Shown piece by piece: positions 40,510-52,876 of a DNA stretch of 64,000 nucleotides (positions are counted from its first letter, which is position 1; every line of letters begins with the position of its first letter). Source of the DNA: Octopus sinensis (taxonomy: Eukaryota); assembly GCF_006345805.1 (NCBI RefSeq), contig NC_043007.1:54188001-54252000 (forward strand). The letters run 5' to 3'. The position numbers were made by a program, and so were the translations under genes. The notes under the pieces were generated by a model that ran no database searches, had not been told where the DNA came from, and was given only the letters and a program-made list of their open reading frames with translations.

Positions 40510-40710
40510 AAGCAAGAGAAAAAGATGAAAAAGAAGGAAGTACAGGAAGGGAAATGAGAGGATGGGGAGGCAGACTGCCAGAATGGATAGGGTTGAGGGG
40601 CAGATGAGCAAAGAACCATGAGTTGGGGGAGATAAAAGGTGAAAAAGAGTGATGGAGGGGGGGCACAAGCTGCAGAAGTAATAAAGATAATGTAGTTGTC
40701 AATAGAAAGG

Positions 40711-40756
<46 letters not shown>

Positions 40757-41638
40757 TGACATGGTTGATAGTCTGCATGAGCAAGAGGGCAGATAGAAGA
40801 GGTAGGCCTAATGCATGGAAGTGGAATGTTAGTCACAGTGATATGGGTGGAGAGCAACGTACATAGCACTTCCAGAACTCAATTTCACTGACTAAGGCAG
40901 GCCTTTTCAGAGATCCCAATCTTTTGTCTCCTCTGTCAGGCTCAGGATCCTAAGGTCAGCTTTAACCACTTCACCCCATGTTTTCCTGAGTATCTCTCTT
41001 CTGCAAGTTTGCTAAATCATAGACAGCATCGACATAATAATAATGTAAATAAGAGTTATATGCAAATAAAGAAAGATTTAAAATAGAGATACCAAAGAAT
41101 CACCCAATCTATCCTTTTAGAAATGAATATGAGTGAGTGGATTAGATTATGTGTATACAAAATATAGACAAAGAATGACCAAATGGCTAAGACGTTTACT
41201 TCCTAATCATAAGGTTCCATGGTTAATCACACTATGTAGCATCTTAAAAAAGTGTCTTCTACTGTAGCCTCAGGTCAGCCCAAGACATGAGTGAAATTGA
41301 GTACCTAGAAACTGTAGAAGCCTGACAGATATATGGTATCACTAATCCAATGGTCCAGCCTTGTCATACAACACTTTTATTATTATCTTAGATCATGAAG
41401 CACTAACAAAATCAGATACTACTGCATAACAAGTAGCTCATTCAGAATAAAAAATAAAATACAAAAGGAGTTGGGGAGTTTTAGGGATGAAATATAAAAT
41501 TTTTATGTTACAACTGATTCAATCTGTGCTGATAAAATAACTTCTTAAAATTCATATTTACAAATTGAATAATACCATGTTTTACAAGCTTTAAGTAACG
41601 CTTTGAGAAGATAAAGATTTATATTAAAGAAAACTCAC

Positions 41639-41723
41639 TGTATCATAAAAATCTTCCAATGTAAACTGAGGAAAGCCCAAATTAACCATGTCTTCTTTAC
41701 TTTGATGAATAACCTCTTTAAAC
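41639..41723 (-). CDS. OTUB1: Otubain (OTUB1-like) internal exon, 85 bp: (R)FKEVIHQSKEDMVNLGFPQFTLEDFYDT
   Basis: Acceptor tgttgtag| and donor |gtgagt. Starts in phase 2, continuing the AG left by exon 52877-52995. Aligns by eye to human OTUB1 RFKAVSAKSKEDLVSQGFTEFTIEDFHNT. Confidence 0.93.
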
Positions 41724-42298
41724 CTACAACAAAAATAAGAGCATAAAATAAATATTTCATAATATAAAAGCAGTTCAGTAAAAACATCGTCATTGTAGGT
41801 GGTGTCAGCAATAGCATCATTGTCATTGTCATCATGATGTTTGTGTCTGTTTTCCACACTGACATGAGTTGATTAGGATGTTATGGTAGAAGTCATTTTT
41901 TATTTAGAGTTACTACCTCAACTAGATGGTTCAGAGGACCATTTATTACTCCATGGCTGGATTATTTTACAGTGTACCGGATGCATTTTATCACAGCATC
42001 AATACTAGAGAAGTTGTCAGGTTCTCAGCAAAACTACACAATCCCCTCAAGCCTATGTTATGTCTGTTCATTTGCCAACACTTTACACAACACCAATACT
42101 AGAGGATTGCTTAGCCCTTTGTAAAACTTATGTTTTCTCTACATTAAGTTGCCTCTTTAAGAAAAAAATTACAATAATAATAACGATTAATAATGTTTAT
42201 TCAAGTCAATGAAATATTTGGCCAATAAACAATTTTATATTTTCAGGCATTTTTGTTTCCTGCAATGCAATTTTTGTCATTATAACAACAAAATTTTT

Positions 42299-42864
42299 GG
42301 ATCTTTTCCTTTTTAACGGCACATGTCAACACAATTTCTAGTTAACTAAACACTTTAAAACTTTGTATACTGGTAGAATGTGTCAAAATAAAACATTTTT
42401 TTCTCTTGGCTTTCTTGAGAAAATTGTAATTTGTTTGTTTTTCGAATTTTAACCAATGAATCGCCTCTAGTGAGCTAAAATCATTTGCTGCGTCTAAAAC
42501 TGAGACATCTTGTCACTAACCCTAAACCTCACCCTAACCCTAATTTTTTTTTTTTTTAATTGTTATCCTTAAATTAATTTAACAATTAAGAAAAAAAAAC
42601 GAAAGGCAAAAATTTAGGGTTAGGGTGATGGTGAGGGTGTTGTCTCAGTTTTAGATGCAGCAAATGATTTTAGCTCAATTAGAGGTGATTCATTGGTTAA
42701 AATTCAAAAAATTAAACTACATTAAACAAACGAATTACAATTTTATCAAGAAAGCCAAGAGAAAAAATGTTTTATTTTGACACATTCTACCAGTATACGA
42801 AGTTTTAAAGTGTTTAGTTAACTAGAAATTGTATTGACATGTGCCGTTCAAAAGGAAAAGATCC
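42299..42864. mobile_element. MITE/foldback DNA element with ~230-bp TIRs and internal telomere-like repeats
   Basis: ggatcttttcc...ggaaaagatcc termini. AAATTTTT on both sides (candidate 8-bp TSD). taaccc/ttaggg repeats at the inner ends of the arms. Confidence 0.85.
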
Positions 42865-43313
42865 AAATTTTTTAATATATTTACTATTATACAATCTAAG
42901 AGTAGCACAGAAATGATCAGTTTCAGGTGTTAAAATATTCTCAATAAAAGGAAAGGTAATTATGTTTTGCATTTTTGAGGTTCAAAGCTGATTAAATACC
43001 TACAGGCAAAAACATTCTATATTTGGGGGCCATAATTTTTTTCCATTAACCAAAACTCACAAGTATTGCAAAAAACCTAAACAATAACAGAGAAGTTTGT
43101 GAACTAAAGAAGTCAAGAACTTTAGTAGATATGGAAACAATAAAAATTAGAAAATGATTTCAGAGTAGAGGGTAAGCAATGTGATAAAGAAGATTCCAAA
43201 TATTATCCTTTAACTTCAATGAGACCAGAATATCATGAGTTGTCATAGCTGGTGTGATGCCAGAAGTTATAAATGATACATAACAGTTTTAGCTTTAAGC
43301 AGCTCTTATAACA

Positions 43314-44565
43314 TTGGGTTGGCCAAAAAGCCCGTTCGTTTTTTTAGGTGAAAATCAAAACAAAAGTAAACAATTGTGAAAAATGTATTTAATCATTACA
43401 ATAGTTACCATTTGCTTCTATAACCTTTCACCACCTGTTGGGTAGATCTTTAATCCCCTGTTCGAAGAATTTAGGTTCTTTATTAGCAAAAAAAGTTTCC
43501 AAGAAAGTTTTCACGTCTTCATCAGAATTAAAATTTTTTCCATTCAATGAATTTTGCAGTGACTGAAACAGATGGAAATCTGATGGGGCCAGATCTGGAG
43601 AGTATGGAGGGTGAGGCAAAACTTCCCACTCAAGCTGCAGCAACTTCTGCCAAGTAATCAAAGCAGTGTGTGGCCTTGCGTTGTCATGGTGGAAAACAAC
43701 CCCTTTGTGATTCACCAGTTCTGGCCGTTTTTGATGAAGAGCTGTGTTTAATTTATCCAGTTGTTCACAATAAACCTCTGAATTGATGGTTTTATTCAAG
43801 GGAAGAAGTTCAAAAAAGATAACACCCTTCCTATCCCACCATATCGATAACAGAACTTACTTTGGGTGAAGACCTGCTTTGGGTGTTCGTTTTGGAGAAT
43901 CTCCTGCCTTTTTTCCATGATCTTCGTTTCACATTATTGTAAACTACCCACTTTTCATCTTCAGTAACAATTCTTCTCAAAAGGGGTTTGTTGTTTTTCC
44001 TTTTCAGTAATGAATCGCAAATGGAAACCCTCTAGACAAGATTTGCTTCTGTCAATTTATGGGGAACCCAAACATCAAGTTTAGAAACATAACCAAGTTT
44101 ATGCAATTCATTTTCCACACTTGTTTTGGATATGTTAATATCTGCGATTTGTCTGGTCGTATACAGCAGTCTTGTTTGACTACAGCTCTCAGTTGGTTGA
44201 TGTCTATTTCTTTTTGCCAGCCAGAGCGAGGTGCATCTCTTACTGAAAAATTCCCTGATCGAAATCAAACAAACCATTTCTGGCACACCTGTTCTGAAAC
44301 AGCATTCCCTTCATACACATTGCATAACTTTCAGCAAGTTTCTGTTGCTTTCTTTCCTTTTCTGAAGTAAAAAAGCATAAGATGCCGATAGTGCTCTGCC
44401 CGGTCTTCCATGTCTAGGCTCAAATGCAATCAAACAAGTTGCAATCTCTCTCCTTTGAGGCTTGTTACACACTGATGTAACCTTGGTCGTTAGACCGAAT
44501 ACAGATTGGAACAGTGATTAGAAGACCGAACAGTTGATACTAAAAAAAAATTACGGCCAACCCAA
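43314..44565 (-). mobile_element. Mariner element, full length, pseudogenised
   Basis: TIRs ttgggttggcc / ggccaacccaa. ORFs with LGYVSKLDVWVPHKL, HHDNARPH and HPPYSPDLAPSDFHLF. Confidence 0.92.
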
Positions 44566-45150
44566 TAGTTTCCTTCATTTAATAAAATGTTAGTGTGTAT
44601 GTATATTAATGCATACACCATATTTATCATGTGCATTATGTGAAGGGATGGCTGGCTAATTAAGAAGCATTATTCACATGTGGTTTTGGATTCAGTACCA
44701 CTGCACAACAGCTTGGACAAATGCTTTCTACAATTATCCCAGGTAGAAAAAGGCTTTGTGAGTGTATTCGGTAGGTAGAAACCAAATGATGCCTATTATG
44801 TGTGTGTGTGTGTGTGTGATGGACTCTCCCTTCGAAGATGACATATGAGCAAATGATTAGTTTATAGTAGTCAAATGTTCGTGCTGCACATTAGCTCACT
44901 CTCTCCATCAAATCGATGTTGTCTGAACAGGTGCAGTGTACCACGTGTCAGGTGTTGAACTGATCGCAGCACAACATGAGGTGAAGTGTTTTGCCCAAGA
45001 CCACAACACACCACCCAGTCTAAGAATTGAAAGCACAATCTAGCAATCATGAGTGCAACACCCCAACCACTAAACTATGACTATGTGTGTGTATATATAT
45101 ATCAAATACCATAAAACATAAACTCTTGATTAATATCTCTGCCTCTTAAA

Positions 45151-45378
45151 AAGTGTTTCTCAACCATTTTTCACCTATAGACCCCTTTGCATCCTATTTT
45201 ACTCGGATGTACCTATCTAGCTATTCTGTGTTAAAAAAAAACATGATATTTTTATAATCAAATATTATTAGGAATTGTATGAAAAAAATGTGTATAACCA
45301 ATTTATTGCAGGTAAATTTTAACAACACAATTTTAAATAGGCCCCCAAGGGCCATATGGACCCCAGTTGAGAGCCACT
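45151..45378. mobile_element. hAT (Charlie-like) MITE
   Basis: Termini agtgtttctcaac / gttgagagccactg, followed by ctctagaa (NTCTAGAN-type target site). Confidence 0.5.
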
Positions 45379-46064
45379 GCTCTAGAAGATGCATCATAAT
45401 TACCAAATGGCAATTAAGATTTCCACTTGAGCTGGGGAAACAACCTTGAAATTCAAGAATTTCTCCAAAGTTGAGACGCTGTTAAGGAAACAGACAAGCT
45501 TGTTGTCTTGAGATAAGAGAGCAGTTACAGACACATTTTTCTGGCTCAACAGCCATCATCAGCACGATTGTCCTATCTCATATTCAGTAACAATGGGACT
45601 TAGGCTTATATAAAAAAGAGTGAAAAGCATTTATGGCCTAGGTACTTTGCATAAGAGAAATAACTTGGAGTGGCCAGTGGCATGTAAGAAGACATTGATG
45701 GACAAGAATTTATGTTGTATAGTATTTGATATGCTTGTATTTGTCTATCATATATATATATATATATATATATATCATTAATAAAATCAGGGTAATAAAA
45801 ATTTTAGAAATTTTTACCACCAGTGGCCTAGCGTAAAAAAAAAAACGGACTTAGCCTGGTGAATAATAATTTTTATTTACTAAAATAAGTCAGAAACCAT
45901 GGTCCAGGAATTAGATGGTAAATGTTTATATTTTTCATTCCCTTCGAGAATTTATCCTTAATTAGTGGTTTGGACTTTAACTGTTCTTTCTAGCATAAAG
46001 TATTCCCATGATGGAAGCCTCTTAATGTGTTTTAATGTACACTGTATTTTATTTATATATATAT

Positions 46065-47789
46065 GGCAACGAGTACAGTGAAGAATTCCAGGTAGAGGTA
46101 GGGGTCCACCAAGGCTCAGTCCTCAGCCCCCTCCTATTTATCATAGTCCTCCAGGCAATAACGGAGGAATTCAAGACAGGATGCCCTTGGGAGCTCCTCT
46201 ATGCTGATGACCTTGCTCTAATTGCTGAGTCGCTATCAGAACTGGAGGAGAAGTTTCAGGTGTGGAAACAAGGATTAGAATCGAAGGGCCTTAGAGTCAA
46301 TCTAGCTAAAACCAAAGTCGTAATCAGTAGGAAGGTAGACAAATCACAAACGCCTTCAGGTAGATGGCCCTGCTCGATCTGTAGAAAAGGTGTAGGTAGA
46401 AACTCTATAAGATGCACCAAGTGTAAGCTATGGACACATAAGAGGTGCAGCAATGTCAAAGGAAGGCTAACTAGGAAGATGGTTTTTGTATGTGGCAGAT
46501 GCTCAGGAACAATAAACACTGAAAATGCTCTGAGACCAACTTCCGTCACTTTCCAAAGAGAAAAACTAGAAATAGTTGATAGTTTCCATTACCTAGGTGA
46601 CCAAGTCAGCAGCGGGGGCGGGTGTGCTGAAAGTGTAACTGCTAGAGTAAGAATAGCTTGGGCAAAGTTCAGAGAGCTCTTGCCTCTGCTGGTGACAAAA
46701 GGCCTCTCGCACAGAGTGAAAGGCAGACTGTATGATGCGTGTGTACGAACAGCCATGCTACATGGCAGTGAAACATGGGCCGTGACTGCTGAGAATATGC
46801 GTAAGCTCGCAAGAAATTAAGCCAGTATGCTCCGATGGATGTGTAATGTCAGTACTCATACTTGGCAGAGTGTAAGTACCTTGAGAGAAAAGCTGGACCT
46901 AAGAAGCATCAGTTGTGGTGTGCAAGAGAGACGTTTGCGCTGGTATGGTCATGTGGCAAGAATGGATGAAGATAGATGTGTGAAAAAGTGCCACACCCTA
47001 GCGGTTGAGGGAACCTGTGGAAGAGGCAGACCCAGGAAAACCTGGGACGAGGTGGTGAAGCACGACCTTCGAACTTTAGGTCTCACTGAGGAAATCACTA
47101 GAGACCGAGACCTCTGGAAGTGTGCTGTGCGTGAGAAGACCCGGCAGGACAAGTGAGTCCATAACCCGTGGCCTTCTACATGGGATGGAGCCAGCCTACG
47201 TATGCATACCTTCCCTTCTTGGGACACAAAACTCTACTTGTGAAGACCTGTTGAGGCAAGTGAGGATCAGAATCGAAATCGATCAATGGAAATTGCAGAT
47301 CTGTTACCAGTGCCGGAGGCATGTCGAAACTCTACTTGTGAAGACCTGTTGAGGCAAGTGAGGATCAGAATCAAAATCGATCAATGGAAATTGCAGATGT
47401 GTTACCAGTGCCGGTGGCATGTAAGAGAACCTTCCGTTTTGCGACCGTTGCCAGCACCGCCCCGACTGGCCTCGTGCCGGTGGCACGTAAAAAGGACCAT
47501 CCGTTCGTGTCCGTTGCTAGCCTCGCCTGGCCCTCGTGCCGGTGGCACATAAAAAGCACCATCCGTTCGTGGCCGTTTGCCAGCTCTGTCTGGCACCTGT
47601 GCGGGTGGCACGTAAAAAGCACCCACTACACTCACGGAGTGGTTGGCGTTAGGAAGGGTATTCAGCCGTAGAAACACTGCCAGATTTGACTGGGCCTGAT
47701 GAAGCCTTCTGGCTTCACAGACCCCAGTAGAACCGTCCAACCCATGCTAGCATGGAAAACGGACGCTAAATGATGATGATGATGATGAT
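46065..47789 (+). mobile_element. RTE-type LINE, 5'-truncated and relatively young
   Basis: RT motifs GVHQGSVLSPLLF, LLYADDL and FHYLG. Cys-rich insert CSIC..CTKCKLWTHKRC..CGRC. One stop at 46818. C-terminal GRGRPRKTW. 3'UTR with subrepeats and a (GAT)n tail. Confidence 0.93.
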
Positions 47790-47869
47790 ACACATTATTT
47801 TATTCTTTTATATGTTTCAGTCCAATGACTGGGGCCATAATCACACACACAATCCTTTCTCAGTTTCAG

Positions 47870-48915
47870 CTAGCCGTTGCTACATTTTTACTAAACCTTC
47901 TTTTGGGTCTTGGTGGATGAGAGCTCAATGTCGCAGCCCTCATTAACATTTCTTGCCTTGAGATAGGTTCATCTGGAATCTTAAATGAATAGAATGTCTA
48001 GTTGTCTCTTGAAAACATTCACAATATGTGATCTCAAGCTTTTTGGCAGAATACTGAAGTGCTGTGTTACTTTGAAACCTAAATTATAGCAATGACAAAA
48101 ATGCACTATACAGTGGCATCAGGTTTGGGTGTTTTTGTTGTCCATCGACGATTTTCCAGACATATATTACTGCATAAGTTTCCCATCTTTGCTCTCGAGA
48201 ATGAAGTTTTAATTCTTTCGGTTTTCCCTAGTAGCTTATCTGTTGTATTGAGCCAATCCTCTCAAAGAGGCATTGGACTGCTTTCAAGTTGTGCAGTTAA
48301 TTTCACACTGTATGTGAATCTTAATTGACAGTAGTAGTCCAGCTAAGGACAAAGGTCCTCAACAGGATCAGCACATTCTCCTAGTTTCTTGTTTTGAAAG
48401 TTCTCAGAATCCATCTTGCCAGTTATCTATATATTGTTACCATTTTAGTGATATCTGCATGAAATGATGCAGATATTAATACTTAGGTCACAGGCTGATT
48501 GTGACACTGGAACTGCAATCCCTCCGAATCTAGTGTATCTTTGCTGAAGCGCATTTACATTTGTGGGTTGATAGTGAAGAGCTCTAAATTTGCCAAAATT
48601 AAACAGCATGTTGCCTTACTGGCCCACTTGTATATTACCTTTAGATATTGTGGCAGGTAAGAACCCTGACTATATCAGGTTTCTTTGTCACAAGTGATAC
48701 TTTCTTATCACCTGCATAGCTAGTGAAAGTTCCTATCTGTATAACTGAGGGTATGTCTGATAGGGCTACTATTGAAGCTCCAGGGCAGTACCTTGACAGA
48801 CTCCACTTACTGTTAATATTTTTTTTAGGAGAGAGTCCCATTGGCTACAACTGTTTGATTCCTATCTATAAAAATGTCATAACACTCAGCTCATTTTCTT
48901 TATGCCAAGATCCCA
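47870..48915 (-). mobile_element. CR1/L2-like LINE remnant
   Basis: GVCQGTAL (compare GVPQGTVL), ALSDIPSV..TSYAGD (compare YADD) and WILRTFKTR remnants. Confidence 0.65.
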
Positions 48916-48931
48916 CAGTATATATATATAT

Positions 48932-49246
48932 CGGTGGCACGTAAAAGCACCATCCGTTCATGTCCGTTGCCAGCATCGCTTGGCCCCGTGTCGGTGACAC
49001 GTAAAAGCACCATCCGTTCGTGGCCGTTTGCCAGCTCTGTCTGGCACCTGTGCAGGTGGCACGTAAAAAGCACCCACTACACTCACGGAGTGGTTGGCGT
49101 TAGGAAGGGCATCCAGCCGTAGAAACACTGCCAGATCTGACTGGGCCTGACGAAGCCTTCCAGCTTCACAGACCCCAGTTGAACCGTCCATCCCATGCTA
49201 GCATGGAAAGCGGATGCTAAATGATGATGATGATGATGATGATGAT
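48932..49246 (+). mobile_element. RTE 3'UTR copy with (GAT)n tail
   Basis: Near-identical to 47480-47789. Starts right after a TA run. Confidence 0.88.
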
Positions 49247-49286
49247 GAGAGTATTGTTGTTTGCTTGAAGCATTGTGCATTGTTTG

Positions 49287-49639
49287 TAAAGAATAAAATA
49301 TTTTGAGTGACACAACAATGCAATATAATACAAATAATAGACTATAATAACTGTTGTAATTTAATCATGCATAGTCTGATATGATATTTCGGAATAAAAT
49401 TCCTTCTTCAGATATCCCTAGGAATTGATGGAGTTGCTGCTGTAAAAAAAAAAAAAAAAGCAAAGCCATTGGAAAACCGATTACAGCAGCGACTCCATCA
49501 ATTCCTAGGGATATCTGAAGAAGGAAATTTATTCCGATATATCATATCAGACTATGGATGATTAAATTACAACAATTATTATAGTCCATTGCTTGTATTT
49601 TAGTGTGCTGTTGTGTCATTCAAAATATTTTATTCTTTA
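49287..49639. repeat. Fold-back element, 159-bp arms, each with a hammerhead-like motif
   Basis: Arms 49287-49445 and 49481-49639 are imperfect reverse complements around a 35-bp A-rich loop. Confidence 0.88.
49378..49416 (-). ncRNA. Putative minimal type I hammerhead ribozyme
   Basis: GATAT CTGAAGA A GGAAT TTT ATTCC GAAA TA TC^ATATC. Stem I GATAT/ATATC, core CUGANGA and GAAA, stem II GGAAT/ATTCC, no real stem III. Confidence 0.6.
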
Positions 49640-49643
49640 TTTA

Positions 49644-49727
<84 letters not shown>

Positions 49728-49784
49728 GCGCAGTATGCAGCGCGTCAGTCTCATAATCAAATGTTAAACGATATATCAATCATC

Positions 49785-50105
49785 ACCATTATCATCATTC
49801 AATATCCATCTTCCATGCATGGGTAGGATGGTTCACAGGAGATGGCCAGGTAGAAAAACTACCCTATGCTACTGTCTCTCTTTTGGCAGGGTTTTTAAGG
49901 CTGGATGTCCTTCCTAACATCAACCACTCTGCAGACTGGACTCAGAGCTTTTTACGTAGCACCAGCACAGGCAAGGTTAGTTTTGGCATGATTTTTACAG
50001 CTGGATGCCCTTCCAAATGCCAACCACCTTACAGTGTGGACTGGATGCTTTTTATGTGGCCCCAACATTGGCAGGGTCATCATGTAACTCACAAGACAAG
50101 GAATT
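49785..50105 (-). mobile_element. RTE 3'UTR-derived repeat (decayed)
   Basis: catcattc tail and two ggctggatg(t/c)ccttcc motifs. Confidence 0.65.
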
Positions 50106-50579
50106 ATTAGAGGAGCAGGGGCATTTGAAGAGAGGAACTCAAGTCAGAGAATGAAAGGGTAGAGGATGACAAAGAGACAGAGAAGCAGAAACAGGTGTCT
50201 TGCTATAACTGAGGGGGCATTGGAGGTGATCCAGTATCAGATGATGAAAGGTTACAGTGTGGCAGAGAAATAGGGAGGCAGAAATATATATAAATCTGTG
50301 TTGATTCACCAGAAGTGATAATTTATGACACTCAATAGAAATGTATAGTATTTTTTAATAAAATATAACTGAGAGGCTCCAATTTCCAGTACTTAAGGGA
50401 TACTTATTTCTGATCATCAGCTGATAAAAAGAGCCTACTTTTCTGTTGAAATATTCACTGTTGAATATTCCAATGTAACTGAATGAACACTTAATATATC
50501 TATGTAAATCAGATAAGTTGCATGTTTCCTCTGACAAAGCATGGAATGTACATAATGTAGTTGGTAACACATATGACAG

Positions 50580-51180
50580 GCTTCTATCTAATAACATAAC
50601 AAATATTTATAAGAAACCTAGAAATGAGGCTTAACAGTCCATATAGAAGCCAATGAGTTAGCAGAAAAAGGCACCCCACCCTTCTTTTAAGAACCATAAA
50701 GTAAACTTCAAGAGTAATCCTAAGTGCACATTGACAAACCCAGCTAAGCCAAAGTTAGGTGCAGTTTGTGAAAAATATTAGAAAAGATCATTTTCAGAGT
50801 AAAAGTGGTTTCATCATTACACTGTAGAAGCACAAAAACAGTTTAGGGGGTTAAAAGTGAAGGGAAACAAGAGATTCAAAGAGTTTGACATTGTTGGCTT
50901 TTAAACTCTGGTAATGAAGGCCTAAGGTTTTGTGGATACAATCACTGATATTAGTGAATTGGACACTGATGTTATTATGCACTTATGAAAATTACTTTTG
51001 CTTTTCAACAATGACACATGGGTTAAGTGGGGACAAATTATTTGATGTGTCCTAACAAAAGGATAAAAAGATAAGCTTTTCTTCAAACTTTCACATTTAA
51101 AAAAAAATATTCAAACAGTGAATATTCCAAAAGAAAAGCAGGGTCAGTCTACCAGATGATGACTGGAAACAACTAAATCT
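50580..51180 (+). mobile_element. Penelope-like RT remnant
   Basis: KNHKVNFKSNPKCTLTNPAKPKLG (compare the PLE motif KDHKxNFxxNPxCRLINPAK) and an FDIVGF remnant. Confidence 0.6.
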
Positions 51181-51794
51181 TGAGTACTGGAAATTATAGC
51201 CTTTCAATTATAATGTGTTAACCCTTTAGCATTTAAACCAGCCATATCTGGCCAAAATATTCTACTTGATTTACGTTCTAACTGGTTAGACGTGGCCTCT
51301 CTCACCAAAATTCTCAATATCATTCTAAAAATTAAGTTACCTCATCATATATACACACACACAGCGGAAATAGAAAATCCTTGGTACAGTAGTGTATATT
51401 CGAAAAAACAAATAAGAGTTATTTTCTTAAACATTTTTTCTCCATTAAAACATTTTTTTCTTTTACAGCACTCTGTTGGTTACAACGATCAGGGTGCCAG
51501 TTGATCCAATCAACAAAACAGCCTGCTCATGAAATTAATGTGCAAGTAGCTGAGCACTCCACAGACATACTACCCTTAATGTATTTTCAGGTAGAACGAG
51601 ACAAGGTCGGCCCTTTTAGATATCTACAAACTGTTAGATGTTTACGATTTGTAAACATCTAATTATCAAGGTGGAAAAAAAGTTGACAGAAAAGTCGCTT
51701 TTATTCATTTTTTAAAATATACATACACACACACACACATATATCATTAATATATACAAACATATATATCAGTCACACATATATAATGTATGCA

Positions 51795-52326
51795 TTTTGC
51801 TCATACACTCATTTGCTGCAGAACAGCATCCAGGGAAGGCTCCCCACATGATGCTGAGTGTTTAAGAACACCAAATGTCCTAGACCAGGTAAGACAACTC
51901 AGACCTGAAATGACTAAGAATGGTAGATATTGATATTTCACCATTACTGTGGCTCCTGAATACCATATTCTTGAACTACCTCAAAATGAAATGAATTGCT
52001 GGTCTGGGACTTAAATGCAATTAGAAAGAAGTCTATTCGCTGATGTACTACAGCATAGCACATGCGAAAGAAAATTTAATTACAAATTAATAGCTGCTCT
52101 AGTAATGAGAGCTGCTTCTAATTTGTAATTTTTCTTCCACATGTCCTATGCTGCAGCACATCAGCAAATAGACTTCACTCTATTTGCATATAAGTCCCAG
52201 ACTTGTGTGGGGAACCTTCCCTGGATGCTATACCACAGCAAATGAGCATAGAAGTAAAACAAATATACTATGTATGTGCAACTGATAGTGTTTACATTAC
52301 CAGAGCTGCTTTTAATTTGTAATTTA
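51795..52326. repeat. Fold-back element
   Basis: Arms 52002-52100 / 52108-52202. Outer arms about 51795-51850 / 52203-52260. Direct repeat agagctgct..taatttgtaatt at 52108 and 52302. Confidence 0.8.
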
Positions 52327-52876
52327 ATATATATATACATATACACATACATACACACATACAACTAGTGCACTACTTTGAAAGTGATGGAACTGTACCT
52401 GACTGTCACTTCACCTTGCAAATGATGAATATATACCTGATTGGCATTTTACTATGAAAATGATGGTGATCCACCAATCACCCAGTAGCATTTAGATTTG
52501 TATTAAGTATGGCTGTGGTAAACCTTATTTTTCAATTTGTTAGAGAACTATGTTAGGAAAATTAACTTAAGATTTTGTTGTTAGTGAATGAGAGTTTTAA
52601 GGAGAATACATTTTAGATTATTTTATTATGAAAATCAAAGAGTAAATTACTTTCCCCTATTTTCACTGAATATTTCTACCTCATATGCATGCTGATGTGC
52701 TTCTCTCTGTAAATTTGTACATTATTAAAATGTATCATTTGGAATAGAGAATGGACAATAAAGACATGATATTTTGGAAAATAAGAATAGAAAAAAGAGG
52801 TGGCCTCACAAAAGCTTCTAGCCTAATCTTATCAAGAAACAGAGTAAAATAATGTAACGAAAATATATATACAGAC

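Noticed and set aside
41724-41857. N-terminal part of ORF 41624-41857 as coding
   Set aside because: Otubain similarity starts only at the AG acceptor (41723). The rest is intronic read-through.
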